This document shows positions 23,147-37,090 of a stretch of 64,000 bases of DNA, in pieces. Positions within the stretch are counted from its first letter, which is position 1. Each line of letters starts with the position of its first letter. The DNA is from Laetmonice hystrix (lineage: Eukaryota), in the NCBI GenBank assembly GCA_965235115.1, contig OZ249440.1:35838001-35902000 (forward strand), written 5' to 3'. The position numbers and the translations under genes were made by a program. Below the pieces are notes generated by a model. That model was not told where the DNA came from and made no database searches. It worked only from the letters and a program-made list of their open reading frames with translations.

Positions 23147-25130
23147 TACACTGCAGCCAGCTTGAACATGTGCAGCCTGTTGCCACAATACCTAACGATC
23201 AATGACTGAGGAAGTTTTTCATCTGTGAGGAACACACGAAAAGCATGAGGGTCACCTTTTCCATCAACGAAGCGGGCCTTATTCAAGGCTAGTATACACT
23301 TTTCAGCTAAACAGCCACAGGTCAACAGCTTGCCCTTTACATTTTGAACTTGTTCAATTGAAAGTAGTGCAGCCTTACACTTACTCCCAATACTGTCCAG
23401 GGGGTGGAGGTGGCAATTAACTTCCACTAGAGTTTTGCCAAAAGATCCATTTATCTTGACCACAGCTGCATGATTCACTGATGCTCGGTCTGTAAGAGTA
23501 CACTGAATATGGTCTAATATTTTACCCCTGACTTCAGTATACCGTATATGTCCTATTTGCCGCGCATGCGCGTGTGCAGAAGGGGGGTGCGCGGCAAATG
23601 AATTATTTTAACGTTAAGGGGGCATTTTCTTTCCAAATAGGTCCCCAATATGAGTCCCCAATATGAGTTTTCCCAAATTTCCACCCCTGACAAACACATT
23701 GGGTTTTAAAAAATGCTGGGGTGCGCGGCAAATAGGAGGTGCGCGGCAAATAGGACATATACGGTAGTCCAACTCTGGTTTGAATTCGACAAACACCTTT
23801 GCTAAATGGTCCACACACCTAACAACATGATCACAATAATCATTCGCAGTTCCCCCAGCTAGTTGCTCCATGGATAAAACATGGCAGGTTTTCTCAGTGG
23901 TTGCATGGACACTATTAACATGGACACCTTCTTGTGTGGAAGCATCAAACCCAACAGTGCAGGCAGCTACGTCATAGATAACTTCCGCTGTGTGCAAGTC
24001 ACTCATGATACCCAACTCAATCATCATATTCTTGATGGAACTTCGAGCAGGAATGTCATTCACATCCATGTGAACATTCAAAGTTTAATGCAAAGGAATG
24101 TATCAAGGTTCTTATCTGTTCAGTGGGCACAATTTGCAATGTTACCAATCATTCTTTTCTTTGTCTGCCCTCTGTCCTCTTCATCCAAGTCATTAAAATA
24201 ACAGTATGTGTCCATAACGTTTTCAACAGTGCCAAGAATATGTTCAGCATAATCCGAGGCTGTGCCGCCAGCCAACTCATCAACAGCAGCAACAACACAA
24301 TCTTTTTCAAAGGTAAAATGAATTTCATTCACATGGCTGCCATCCTGTGTGGTTGCATCAAAACCTAGTGTGACATTTTTATTTTCAAGAAGTTTTTTCA
24401 GCACACTGATAGTCAGAAATGGAACCTAACTCTCGTGCCATTAGTTCAACAGTAGTCCTGTTGGGAATGTTTTCTGCTTTTTTCTCCAATCGAAGAAGAC
24501 TTTGTCCGAGCACAAGAGGAATGCTGTGGGAACCTGTAGTGTGATGTGGTCGCAAACTAGCATTCGAGTCTGGGAAGACTAAGATTTCATATTGCTCTTC
24601 AAATTTACAACATTAGATTCCTGTGCAGAGAGCTGCTCAATCTCTTCCTTAAGAATTGAATTAGCGTTCTGCAATTCATGAATTTCAGTGTTTTTTTCTC
24701 TCAGTTTATCCTGGAGAAGTCTATATGGCGAAATAGGGACACTTTGCCTTTTTTTTTTAGAAGTCCTTAAGTTTTCTATGTGCTGCTTTTAGATTACTAA
24801 GTTCACTTTTCTTATCAGCCAGTTCAATTGCCAGAGAATGGCCCTTTCTATCTAAGAATACAGTAAAGCCACGTGGATCGCCCTTGCCATCTTTGTAACG
24901 TAGTTTGTTGAAAGCAAGAATGACACTGGCTGCCATGCTGTCTCTTCCAAAAACACACCCTTTGTTTTTTTCCCGTTCCTTCAGAACTTGCCTACAAGCG
25001 GTGGCAAAAGAATCCAGGGGGTGTAGGTGACCGTACATCTCATTTAGCGACTTGCCCCACTGGCTGTTGACAAGGCGGATTGCGGCATGGTTGGCCGCAC
25101 AACGATCACTAATTGTATGGCAATATTGGC
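23147..25130 (-). pseudogene. Several related fragments of an unclassified DDE-type transposase
   Basis: Repeated paralogous motifs GFDA(S/T)TQ.G.HVN, (C/G)HLHPLDS, DGKGDP and LAGGTA.DY. Confidence 0.55.
23542..23764. mobile_element. Tc1/mariner (pogo-type) MITE
   Basis: TIR ccgtatatgtcctatttgccgcgca, TA on both sides, inserted in the transposase remnant. Confidence 0.85.
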
Positions 25131-25649
25131 AATCAATGTCGACCTGGTGTCCTGGAAATTTGTCCCTTCAGTAAAGTGAACATAGGTGTGGGCCAACTTG
25201 TCTACAGTTCTGCTCGGGGTCATCCTCCCCTCTGTCGATGATAAGTGATGTCATAGGTGCCATGGCCACCAAAGCTGTCAAGATGGCCTTCTGGGCATTG
25301 ACCAGAAGACTGTCAAATTTCTTATGGCCGACACCTAAGGCTTGTTCCAACTCTGGTTCTAAGGCTGGGACTATAGCCTTTCAACATGTTCAATATTTCC
25401 AAACAAATGTTCGTCTTCTGCGGTAAACCGCAGACTGTTAATTTCTGTTAAACATCTGCATGTCGAATACCGACGAACAATTGCTCGCGAACAATAATTG
25501 TCTGAGCGGATTTTTGTTCATGAACAAATTTTCGCGAATATGTTCGTCGGCCTACATGTTTCGTCGTGTCGTTCGGTGGGTGACAGATCTAACATGGCAT
25601 TAGCTCTGCACCACAACCCAACTCCACGCGACTTATAAGAGAGGTTTTC

Positions 25650-26465
25650 TAATGGGGGGAAAACTAGCATATTGATAAAATAACACAAGATTGGGGGTTT
25701 GGTTAAAAATGTGGTTGTTGGTAGTTTATTCTAGGATGTCTGTCTTGGTGGCTGAACAGTGGTGGCGATTGCCAAGACAAGTAAAGTGGGGTATGCCGAC
25801 ATGGTTCGAACATACCAGTGGGTAGTATACCCAAATACAGTAAAATAAGGTTTAGAGTAGTCCAGCCATAATACTTAGAGTAAAGGCAAAACACCTACCA
25901 GAAGTTACGGTGGTTGATGGTCATGGCCAGGCTGCGTGGGTGGCTGGTTCAGAACTCTCTCTCTCTCTCTCTGCCTATGTCTCTATCTGTGTGTCTCTCC
26001 GTATGTCTGTCTCCCTATCTCCCTATATGTATCTCTCTCTCTGTATCTCTATCTAGCTAACTAAGGGGGTATATATACTCTAGGGTAGTAAATGGGGCGG
26101 AGCTTACTAATTAGCCCTGACCAGCCACCGGAACGAACCTTGCCCTCACCACATCAACCTACAGATATTGGGTAACTCTTTTTATATTTAACTTACACCT
26201 AAAATATGGTGTTCTAATTGTTCATACTGCTATTTCCTTTATAATGATATCAAACACGATGGTTAAGAAATGATAACAAAGATAATAATCACTTCACCGT
26301 CATAACATCTTCTGATATTAGGAAATATTGTCCTGGCGGAATATATACCAGTAAGGTTGTCACTGACTGATGTTCAGAGACACTTCTAAAGTCTTTTTAT
26401 ACTAAAATATGAAGACATGGACTTATAACATACTGTTGGTCATAATGATGGTTGCTACCTTCACA
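25650..26465 (-). mobile_element. Solo LTR-like sequence
   Basis: TATA/GC-box block shared with about 19500-19590, (CT)n tract, CA terminus at 26465; left boundary uncertain. Confidence 0.4.
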
Positions 26466-28705
26466 ACATAACATATAAGTTCGGCAGGTCCACTTCATTG
26501 GTCACCTGGCTGGCAGCTACCTGTGTCAGGGCAGCTACGAGCTCTGTGTAGCCCACATCCTCTTCGGTCACCTCGTTGAAGGCCCACGTCTATTCATCCT
26601 TGCTGACGTGCTGATCTTGCAGTACAGCATCTTCTAAATCTTCAGGTGGTCTTTTAACAAAGACCTGGCATTTCTGATGCTTTGTGTACCAGCCAAAGCC
26701 CTGGCCTTCAAGCCCCCGGAAGAGCATCTCAAGAAAGTCTGATGAAACATTGCTCTTCCGGGCCAAACTCCTCTTCCTTAGAATTCTTCCTGGGGCAAGC
26801 AGCACCTTGTTGCGTGCGAACACGCTGCCACCTTGGGGAGTTCCTCCAACTGCATTGGCCCCACCTTCATTGCTGTCTGACATTTCCTGCAACATAGGTT
26901 CATGCAGCAATTCAGCACTTCCATTATTTATGTACATGCGCATAACAATACAATCTTTCAATGGCTCATTCAGCAGGCACTTGACTGCACCTTGGCAGCA
27001 CACTGTCACTCATCAGTGGCTGGGGCATCTGCTTTTGCTCTTACTTCAACATGATTATGCCAGCTGTTACAAACCAGAACACAAGCCAAGGCTCCAATGA
27101 CAATGAGCTGCTAACAGATAGCCCAGTAAGCTCTATATCAAGGGACCATTAACTCTAGACGTAACATTCACCAGGAAATCTGTACTTACATTGAGCAGTT
27201 GTGCCTTCTGAATGGTCAGGCAGTCAATAAATTCCTTGCAGCTGTCAAGGTTTTGCGAGAGATGGCATTGCTAATGACGCTAACATGCTCTTTTAGCAGC
27301 ACCCGTGTAGCTACCTCAAAGAGGCAGTGCAAGGTCACTGCCATACGCCCAACACAATCAATGTAGCGGGTGTGACCAGGCTGTCCCGCTGCTGTTGGCA
27401 GCTCATCCTCTTCTGAGGCTTCCCTCTCGCGGAGGACTATGGTGTCATGAAGCCCGTCGTAAAGTTGCTGGGCCTCCTGGTCAAACCTACACAAGCAAGT
27501 ACATTCCTTGAAGCACCATGGATTTACTAATGTATACAGGATCTGCAACCACTGGCGGGAACTATCTTAACAACTTTTAGGAACACCTAATGTTTCTTAT
27601 CACACTGCTAACGCAGAGCTCTTGGCCACTGCTGTCCAACCAGTAAAACAGGTTACTTACACATACACCACTCCATTTTCACATACACCACTCCATTTTC
27701 ACCAGTTTCCGACGGGTGGATTTGGAATAAGTGGCTCAGCACCACTTCCAGCTCCAGTGATGGTCCCATCTCGTACGCTTCGCTGGCTGCACACTGTTCA
27801 GAGGTCAAGAAGGATCGGCCAGCATCACAATATACGAGAAACCTGCAAAGAATAAACGATGGTTGCATTTAAAGGGAATATCTCACGAATTTCAATTCAT
27901 ACGTAGCGTTTCACAAAATAATATGTCTGCATTGGGGGTCTCCAGTGTGATCCAAAGCTCCCTAACCTTTCGATGTAAACATTGCGGGTATAATGTAAAA
28001 TATATTCAAAAAGTCGCCAAATCTTATTTCACTCACTGAAAATGACCTACTTAGCTTCCCAGACCTCAGTAGTTGTTTGTTTTATATTCCTATGTAAAAA
28101 TGGAAATGCAAATTATTTGTACTAATGAAAATAGATTTCGAAGCTACAACACAACGTCCAAACGATTCGGTGACATGCCAAAATGTCGGCATTCATCGTG
28201 TTAGCATGCACTCGAGCTAGTTCTGGTCAATTTTCCATGGCCAGGGATAATTTCGTAGCTATCTACTCGTAGGAGGTGTTAACAGAGCAGCAAGTGCCTC
28301 CTCATACTCATGCAGCATTGTTTGCAATGGGAAGGATACGCACTTTAATACTCTGGGACACAAGGTTTTTGAAACGATTCTTACAACGTTCCACCTTTAG
28401 CTGTTAAAGTGTTTGTCGAAAGGTCTGGTGCACTTCCCCCATTGGTGATTGTTTGTGGGTGGGGGGCCCCGTTGCCCCGGAGGGGTTCGCCTGAGGCCTC
28501 ATACCCACCCTTCCCTATTGCTAAGACTTACCGGTCCAACAGGCCATCGTCGCAGGTGGCCATTTCTTCCAACAACTTGACCATCATCTGCGGTTGTGTA
28601 TATTCTCCCAACACACATTTCTGTGTGTTCCAGATTCACAGAATTGGCTGTAGCGTACTTTGAGGAATGGCCGCTGGCAGCCCAGAAGGCACACATGATT
28701 TGTCG

Positions 28706-29661
28706 TTTGCCATTTTCTTGATGTCCAGGCAAGGTATCCGTCTCATTATGCCTTCTATACAGATGGCTCAAAGGATGGCAATGATGTGTCTGCGGCAGCA
28801 GTTCATGGCAAGGACAACTTCGGCACCCGCATCTCAGGGCAAAGTTCCATCTTCTCAGCAGAGGCCAGGGCCCTGCTTCTTGCCCTTCAAAATATTGAAG
28901 TTTCTGGCAAAAAGGACTTCCTTATTTTCTCGGATTCCTTATCCTGTCTGCAAGCACTTGCTAACTTGAACACAGATCACCCAGTGATCGTCCAAATCTT
29001 GTCCAAGTTGGGAGTGCTTACCAATGCAAACTTTGATATTGCCTTTTGCTGAGTGCCCGGCCATGTTGGCATCCCGGGCAGTGAGCAAGCTGACAGAACT
29101 GCCAAGAGAGCGCTCGATACAGACGTTGACCCATGTCCAATCCCAGCCTCTGACCTCAGACCTACCATCTGGGCTTACGTTAAGAACAGATGGCAGGCCG
29201 AATGGGATGAACAACCAAACAATAAATTGTATCAGATCAGTCCCATCGTAAACCAAAGGTATCATCATGGCCTAACCCAACGGAGGCATGAAATTGTTTT
29301 TACTCGATGCAGAGTTGGTCATTCTAGATTAACCCATGTGTTTTTATAGAAGGGGGAGCACTGAACACTGAAGCATCTTTTACTCGAATGTGGTGATTTT
29401 ACTCTCATCAGACAAAGGTTTTATAATGAGACGAGTCTTAAGGATCTTTTTAGCAATATCAGACCAGGAGTGATTTTAGAGTTCTTGTCAGAGGCTGGAC
29501 TTCTGACTCTTTTATAGATGTGTTTTGGTGGTGTTCCCGTTGGGACCCGGGATAAAATAGGTTCCTTTGGTTTTATGGTCTTATAACTCTGTTTTCGCCG
29601 TGAAGATGGCCCCGGATGCCGACATGGCGCAAAACCACCACTACTCACTCACTCACTCACT
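28706..29661 (+). mobile_element. 5'-truncated I-group LINE (RNase H, zinc knuckle, 3'UTR, (ACTC)n tail)
   Basis: YTDGSK, SIFSAEARA, IFSDSLS, PGHVGIPG.EQAD motifs with one in-frame stop; tail accaccactactcactcactc. Confidence 0.9.
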
Positions 29662-31679
29662 CGTTCGCCAGTTACCTGTCCGGAGGCACTCGCAGCAGGA
29701 CCTGGTTCAGTGGGTGGTAGAGCTCGTCACTCATCACCAAACAGTAGCCATTCCCATCCTGCTGCTGCTTAAGTAGAGCTGCCTTGGTGAATTGCTGTAA
29801 GGACCGATATATCAACATTATGTTACTTTCCTGTCCCTTCTTGTAACTTTCGGTTGCTCCAATACTGGAATAATTGCAGTTTTACTTATTTTTTAGCATC
29901 TAGAGTAGTAGGGCTATACTGCTTTGGTTAAGCTGTGGCCCACTACTCTTTACTCTGAATTGGTTTCTTCACTTCCCCTTACTACATGGCCAAGGAAAAC
30001 GGTGTGAACGTAGGCCTAACATGTTACTGACTACCTTCTCACCTTGGCAGCATGGACCAGAGGTCCTATGTTTGTACAGTCTCATTCCTGATATTTTAAT
30101 ATTACTCGCCCATTTCATTACTAAGATCCCCATTTGACACTTTTATAAATGGCTTCCGGGGCATAATGGTTTTGTTCAGATTCAGATGAGCTTACCTGCA
30201 TTGCAAGTGGGGTGCCGCACGTGGCCTCAAGGGACCGTGCCAAATTTAGCGTTGCCTGGTACGCCGATGTCTTCCCACACCTTGGTGGTGCGGCAGCCAT
30301 CATAAAGGTCGATATCGGTGACATATGGCAACCAAAATCTCTAATCTTCAATCGGGTCTTTGACTCTTTGGGCCCAGCACAGCGGCCACAGCTGTGACCA
30401 GGCCTGCCATCATCAGGCCGACTGTTGTGTTGGCTGCTGTAGCCATCCGCTTGGCAGTAGACGAGCAGGCAGGACAGTACGTGCAGGAAATTGGATCTTG
30501 CATGCTGCCTCAAATGAAGATGGTGCTCTCGGGGTTCTGGAGGACAGCCCCACCAGGGTTGTCCTGCAACACACAATGGGGGAGGTCAAGTCTTGGGAGG
30601 TCACAAGATGGCAATCATCAGTTGTTTGGTAAAATCACATTTTTGGGCTACAGCAGGTTTTAAAGTTAGTAGGTCTACACTGATCAGAGATTGCCTTCTG
30701 CAGGCCAAGGTCGCGTAAAGGTAAAATCTCGGTCACGATCTGGTATGGGCATGTCATATATCATTTTATGGGTTTTTGAGGGTGCTGAAACCAAAAATGT
30801 CATTATTTTACAGGTACTATGAGTGAAAATGGCTTTTCTAGACATTTTTACCTAGACTTAGATAATTAGCTCCAAGTCCCCTTGAGCAATATCAATGATA
30901 ATCTCTGCTGGCGTTATGTACGTGAACTTTCCATCATCTTCATCATACCTGATCTTGAATTCTGGATCAAGATTCTCCTTCTCTTGAACAATGTCCAGAA
31001 ACTGTCAATCAGAGTACCCACCATGACCAGTGTCCAAATTGTCCCATCGGTGGAGAAATTTCTCTCCAATCAAACTGCTTGGGTCACTTATATATTTCAT
31101 CTTTTAGTTACATTTGTTAACTTTTGATTGTCGTTGTACTTCCCTTGTTCTCTTTTGTTGGGTGCTAACTCTAACTCATGACAGAGTCACGGTGCAAAAC
31201 CACCACTACTCTCTCTCTCTCTCTCCAGAGTCACTGCTTTGCGATGTCGATAAATGTCCTTTATTACTATCGTCGTACCGTGGATCTCTGTACACGTAGC
31301 AGTCGTGTTGTGTTACAAGAGGCATGTGTCTCCAAACCTAACTCCTAACGTAACTTCTAGTAACTTGTTGGTAACTCGGTTGTAACTCATCGGTAACCTC
31401 TTAGTCCTGGCCCTCCGGATCCTCCGGATCAAATTCGGTCGTTGTTTTTGCCTCTACTAACTTCACTATCGATCATTGCCTTGAGATTTTCGAATTTCTG
31501 GTCGAAGGTGTCTTCCATATGCTTTTAAAGGCCTGCTCGAGGTTATTAATCCATGTTTCCATGCTTACTTTCATGTCGGTGATAAGTTGACGGAGGGACG
31601 TAATTATATTGTTATTAGATACCTGTTGGGCCGTTGGTGGTTCCGGACCCGTATACATTTCCGAACGCATAGACTTTGA

Positions 31680-32980
31680 TAGGTGATTTGAGTATGGGAT
31701 ACCCCTAGGTGATTTGAGTATGGGATACCCCTAGCTTTAAGAATCAGATGTTAAGAATCTACTAGGTGGAATTCCGAAATTTGTAGCATAAGCGAGAAAA
31801 CCGCCATTTTCCAAAATGGATAGAAACGTAGTAGAAGGATGATTTTGTTGTCTAGTATAGGGTTTTCAGGTACGCCTGACACAGTGGCTGCGTCAAAAAA
31901 CATTTTAGACGTTGCCTAGTTACCGAAATCCAAGATGGCCGCCATCCAACATCTGTCAATCATGAAAATGTGTACAACTTTTGAGGGAAACGTAGCTGTG
32001 GTCATCTTGACAGCCCCTAGGAGGTAACATTTTGGCATTAGCTAGTTTACCAGAATCCAAGATGACTGCCAACCAAACATCAATCAAATCAAGTTGCACA
32101 AAAAGTTTTATACAGGTATGGCAAACATTTATTGTGGGCTGGTATGTCCGATAGAATCTTCACACGGAGAGAAAAGAACATTGAAAAATATTATTACACA
32201 GTACAGATGGAATGCTTGCCAGCCATGATATGATTTCAAGCACATATAGTGGCAAGATGTGAGAATGGACATGTCCCATCTTGACATTGGATGAACAGCC
32301 AAGATTTACTCTACTGACCTGTACTGAACTATGGTGTCCAAAATGTCACTGACCTAATAGGCTGACTATTTATTTTTACATGCTGTTTCTTGCTGTTTAT
32401 GACAAAATATCACACAGTTGTGTCCTGCCTTTTTGCATGGACATCACTTTGTGTCACACTTTCCCAAGCATTTACAGATGACAAGCTTCCCATGGGGTAG
32501 TGGACTGAGACATTTGGCAGGCAAGAGGGTATCATTATCAATCACCCAGCCATACTGCGTTAGATCTGGAGTTGACTGGGGGTAATCAAGAAGGCACAGA
32601 ACATTACGCACAACGGAAAACGCTCTCTGGATATGGCCACGAATGACACTTGATGTGGGGGGTAGGGCTTCCAGGGGCTTTGGCTTTGTAGCTCGGACAT
32701 GGCACTCCACTCGAAGCTGGTCAAAGGTTCGAGATTCTGGCTTGGACTTTGCACCAGCCCACACATGAACGAGATACTCCTCAGCCTTCTTCTCGACCTC
32801 TTCAGTTAACTGAAATGACTCTGCAAAATCGGCTAGGAACTTTTGTGGCTCACATGAGAGAGCCGCGTGTTTTGTACCAATCTTACCGAGGGCATCATCG
32901 CCAGTGAGGACATGCGCCTTTACTATGACCCTGCACAGTCCCAGTCCCAACCTATCTGCGAAAACCTTTACCTTAATCAT
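31680..32980 (-). pseudogene. Academ-like (XPG-type) transposase C-terminus and terminal region
   Basis: HVLTGDD..GKIGTK (H3TH-like), LPPTSSVIRGHIQRA, YGW and a Cys-rich tail CKCLGKC; TAG-starting terminal repeats at 31680 and 31706. Confidence 0.55.
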
Positions 32981-33169
32981 AATTATACTTAATTGCTTGA
33001 TAGGTTAGAAATAATACTGACAGATACATACTGCGCAAATGGACTACAAACATGATACATCTACTAAAATAAGATATCGGCAAATCGCTGCCATTACATC
33101 CAGTTTTTAAAATTGACTACTAAAATGTCAATTTATCCTTCTCCACACTTACAAATACACTTACACACA

Positions 33170-33310
33170 AGATGTGTTTTGGTGGTGTTCCCGTTGGGAC
33201 CCGGGATAAAATAGGTTCCTTTCGTTTTATGGTCTTATAACTCTGTTTTCGCCGTAAAGATGGCCCCAGATGCCGACATGGCGCAAAACCACTACTACTC
33301 ACTCACTCAC
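33170..33310 (+). mobile_element. I-group LINE 3'UTR fragment
   Basis: Near-identical to about 29516-29660 including the (ACTC)n tail. Confidence 0.85.
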
Positions 33311-34116
33311 TTGCACACAAGTACACTTGTGGATATACCGAACCACATAACATCAACCGTCTTATGAGAATGTGATTTTTTGTCATTAACATCTTCATCA
33401 TCTCAGCACAACAAGTCAAACCCGGGTGACGTCAGAGCTATTTATAGTACCCTACCACACTATTTATAGCAACAAGAACCCCCCCCCCAACGTCAGAGCT
33501 ATTTATAGCTCTGACGTTGTCGACCTCAACTCCAGTCGACCTCAACTCCAGGAAAACCCCAGAGGGTGTTATGGGATCCAACCCCCCCCCCTCCGATCGT
33601 GACTCATTGTTTGGGATAAGTTTGACATCAGGTCATGGGGTGGAACGAGGTGACTAGGTTATGTTTTTTAAATAATTGTTTAACATATGAATTGAGGTCA
33701 GAAGTGTGTTGATAAATGAAGAAGAAAGAGGCCAGCCTGCCCGCCCGCTGCCGTTTTTACCGCCGCCGCCGCTCTTGTGTCGGCACTTGCATATTTTCTG
33801 GATGTTTTTTCCTTTTGATGCCCAGTGGGAGTCACTCCAGTGGAAGTGAACCCCCCCCCCCCCCCCCCCCCCGACAGTGACTCCTGAAGTGACTCCGACC
33901 CCGGAGTCGGAGTCCGGGCGCTGCAGCCGCAGTTAGCAGCGGGTGCAGTTATATAGGGGTATATACGGACACGTGATACGGCGGTATATACGGACGGACA
34001 CGTGATACGGGGGGCGTACATGATCGGGTTGATAATTGACTACATTAAATTTTTAGCTTGTGTACATCTGCCATTCCCGCCCAAACACAACACATTGTTT
34101 TTCTTTTTAAGTTTTA

Positions 34117-35405
34117 TTTAAATCACACTATCTGTTACTTGGCCATACACCAGGGTGTCCCAACCGTTGTCCAGGATATACCGCTTGTCATCATGGGGGA
34201 GAGGTATAAAGTATAAAGTTCGTGGTTGTAGCTGCGAATTTGAGCCATTGTGTTCATCTTTGTGGCTTTCTCAAACAGAGTGTCTTTATAGTCTTCATGA
34301 CGAAATTGTTTTTTTACTACCGCCCGGCTTATTTCTTTGGCTGTCTTTTTCTCTTTCCCATCTTACAAAAGACTGTCGACCTCAGGCCTACAAACTCGGA
34401 CGGTGGTACTCCAGCACATTCGTCCTTCATCTTACCAAGCACTTTTTTATTGACTGTGCTATGGAGAACATGGTTTTCGGGGTAGTCTGACGGTTCAAAA
34501 TAATGAGAGTCGGCTGCCATATCCATGTAGATGTCTGAAGTTGTAATTTCATAGCAGAGGCTGTCTCTGTCTGTGAACAACAACTTTGCGTTTTCTTGAT
34601 ACTTCTGAAGCATGTAGGAGTAGTGAAAATCATTCATGAGAGTCTTCGAAAGATCCAGAATGCAGAGAGTCTTCAAAAGATCCAGAATGCAGAAACCAAC
34701 GTAGATGGGTCCGTTCAATTTAAGTTTAGCTTTTCTCATGTGCACTGCAGCCATGTCTTCGTGAAAGGTGGGTTTACACGCCAGTTTCACATCAATATGT
34801 TTGCCAAGATTTTCCATGGTTTTCCATGGTTTTACCGAATACGCTGTTGCTCTAACCTTTAACCTGTCAAAAAATTTTAAACAGGCTTGCCAAGCCAGCC
34901 CCGGCGAGGTCAAGCACGTCAGTAAGCTGTAGCGTATCAGACAGATAGAGATCGTGATATTCTCCCAGAGATGTAATGCCAAATGCCGCCCACATTTGAT
35001 TGGCCTGTGTGTAATCCTCTTCTGTCATGGACTCGCCTGTGAGAATATTATCAAAAGCCGATAACGGAGGAAGCTGTGTGTCTTGGAGTTTAGCTGGAGA
35101 ATCGACGTAATAATAGGGGTAAACGCCCTTACGCAACAGCAGTGGCATCTGACTTTCGGTAAAACAAGCTTGTAAGTGCTTAAATTCTTTGAGATTAGAC
35201 ACGAGTTTTCCCAAAGAAGCAGGCAGGAACTGGAAACTATCGATGAAATCCATAGAACCCATGGAAAACGATACATATTTCTCCATGTTGTTGGAAATGC
35301 ATTTGACCTCTTTATCAGCTTTGCCTATGGCTTGCATAATCAGGTGGGCGTCATATCCTCTCAGGTTGTGAAAGACGACGGGGATGCGATTGCACAATCT
35401 GTATT
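34117..35405 (-). pseudogene. Protein-primed family B DNA polymerase (Polinton/adintovirus-like), frameshifted and partly deleted
   Basis: VFHNLRGYDAH, FIDSFQF, LRKGVYPY, FTDRDSL (YxDTDS variant), LGKMKDE, EFVGLRS and C-terminal SPHDDKRYILDNG. Confidence 0.9.
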
Positions 35406-35596
35406 TAACGTTTTCTTTTTTCTTTTTTGGATTTGTCAAAAAAACTTTCAATTAATGTAGTCGGCATACTTTAGGCCATTTAATTGTTTTAATAAAAGTA
35501 CAAATTAGCGATAAGTAATATAATAAGTAATAAACAATTTATATAATTTGTGATTAGAATAAACAATTTATGTAATTTGTGATTAGAATATAAGTA

Positions 35597-36520
35597 TCAG
35601 CATGGATTATAATCGACTGGGAACCAATCAGGTTCAGACCAATGCTTTGAGAAATCAGATTGTCGCACTCTCCTTTCGGCGGTTATTATCAGTCGTTTGG
35701 GGATGTGTAATTGAAACATGACGGGAGGATTCTTGACGATGAACTCAGCGAGTGCAAACATGTTAACTATAGTGTTCATGAGAGCTGTTGCTGCGTCGCC
35801 ACTTTGTATTTGGTATGCTTTCCAAAATAACAGTCCTGTTTTGCTCAAACTATAAGTCCAAGCGTGGAACTCTCGCCATCGATAAGCGTCGATGGCACTC
35901 ATTTCTAGACTGGTGCAAATTGTCATGAATAGTTCAAATGTGGCTTTATTGATTGACTTATCAAAAGAAGAAAAGTCTATTTCAGTGTACCAGGCTGGCC
36001 TGGCATGAGAATTGATGAATGCTTCAACAGAATGGTCGTCATAACCAATGGCCAACAATATATTTGGCTTTAATAGTGTCATCAGCTTTCTTAGGATCTC
36101 TTTGAAGATCGGTGAGTAGTATGCCGTTAGTTGATAGTTCATGGCATTTATCACCTGACCCTTAGGAATGGTGTGGATTATGGATCCATCGGCTGACATT
36201 TTGGTAGTTGGTTTTAGCGACAGTTCGTATTTGCACCCATCAATTTCGTCGATATTAATGTAGCCTCTCTCAAGAAGCCGATTGATTTAGTTGGACGGTA
36301 AACGTGACAACCAGTCATCAATTTGGACATCGTCAGGGTGTACGGACATCGTCAGGGTGTACGGTGGTTTCTTGGTAGTAGTCCAAAAACTGCTCATACT
36401 CTTTAATGTAATAAGCGTGTCGAAATACTTGGTGATGGTAGTCCGTGTAAGACTGAAGTTGTGTCAGCGTCATCATTTGCGGTGGATTAAAGTTACGCTT
36501 GTTGACCGCAGCAATCAGAA
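35597..36520 (-). pseudogene. Endogenous viral RdRp fragment, virga-like (Martellivirales)
   Basis: LIAAVNKRNFNPPQ (cf. tobamovirus KRNFNAP), YELSLKP, motif A EIDFSSFDKS, motif B QSGDAATALMNT; motif C GDD absent. Confidence 0.9.
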
Positions 36521-36539
36521 TTTTCTGACGCTCTGACCT

Positions 36540-37090
36540 GTTTAATCTTGTCTTGTGTCATGGTTATGAAGAGCGTTCCGTTTGGCATTTCCTCGATGTC
36601 ACGTGAGGGTGTAGTCGCAAGTAAACAGACTTTTTGCGACACTGTTGGAAGTAGTGACGTTCTTGCCTACCACTTTTGAGATGATGGATGTTGCGTCTCG
36701 CGGACACCGGTAGGTATGGGCTGAGTTAAAAACCCGTACCAAATCAGGCGCCGACCATTGCAAGTCAGTGATCGTGGGGATTTCTTTGCTCCAATGAGTG
36801 CTTCGATCTATAAACGGGAGTTGCTTCGAGTCCCCCAAACAGATGGGGACCCGCACTCCCGATAGAGCGCACACCAATAGTACAAGACCCCAGTGGACCA
36901 TGTATACTTCGTCTAAAATAAGGGTGTGGACGTAGCCAGTGATGGCTACGTTGATCAACTCGCTAGTAATGGTCCGCATTGATGGAGATATTTCTGCGGC
37001 GCCTGACTTTGTGGCGGATAGGATTCATGTTCCTGAACGTAGTTTTCGGATCTTCCAATCATGGTTGTTTTTCCGCAACCGGCGACCAGC
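36540..37090 (-). pseudogene. Endogenous viral superfamily 1 helicase fragment (Martellivirales-type)
   Basis: VAGCGKTT, LILDEVYMVH, LGDSKQLPFIDR, TYRCPRDAT, ITMTQDK across frameshifts. Confidence 0.9.

Noticed and set aside
29421..29648. Recurrent minus-strand ORF MSSGGFAPCRH (also 33120 and 47636)
   Set aside because: Antisense translation of the I-LINE 3'UTR
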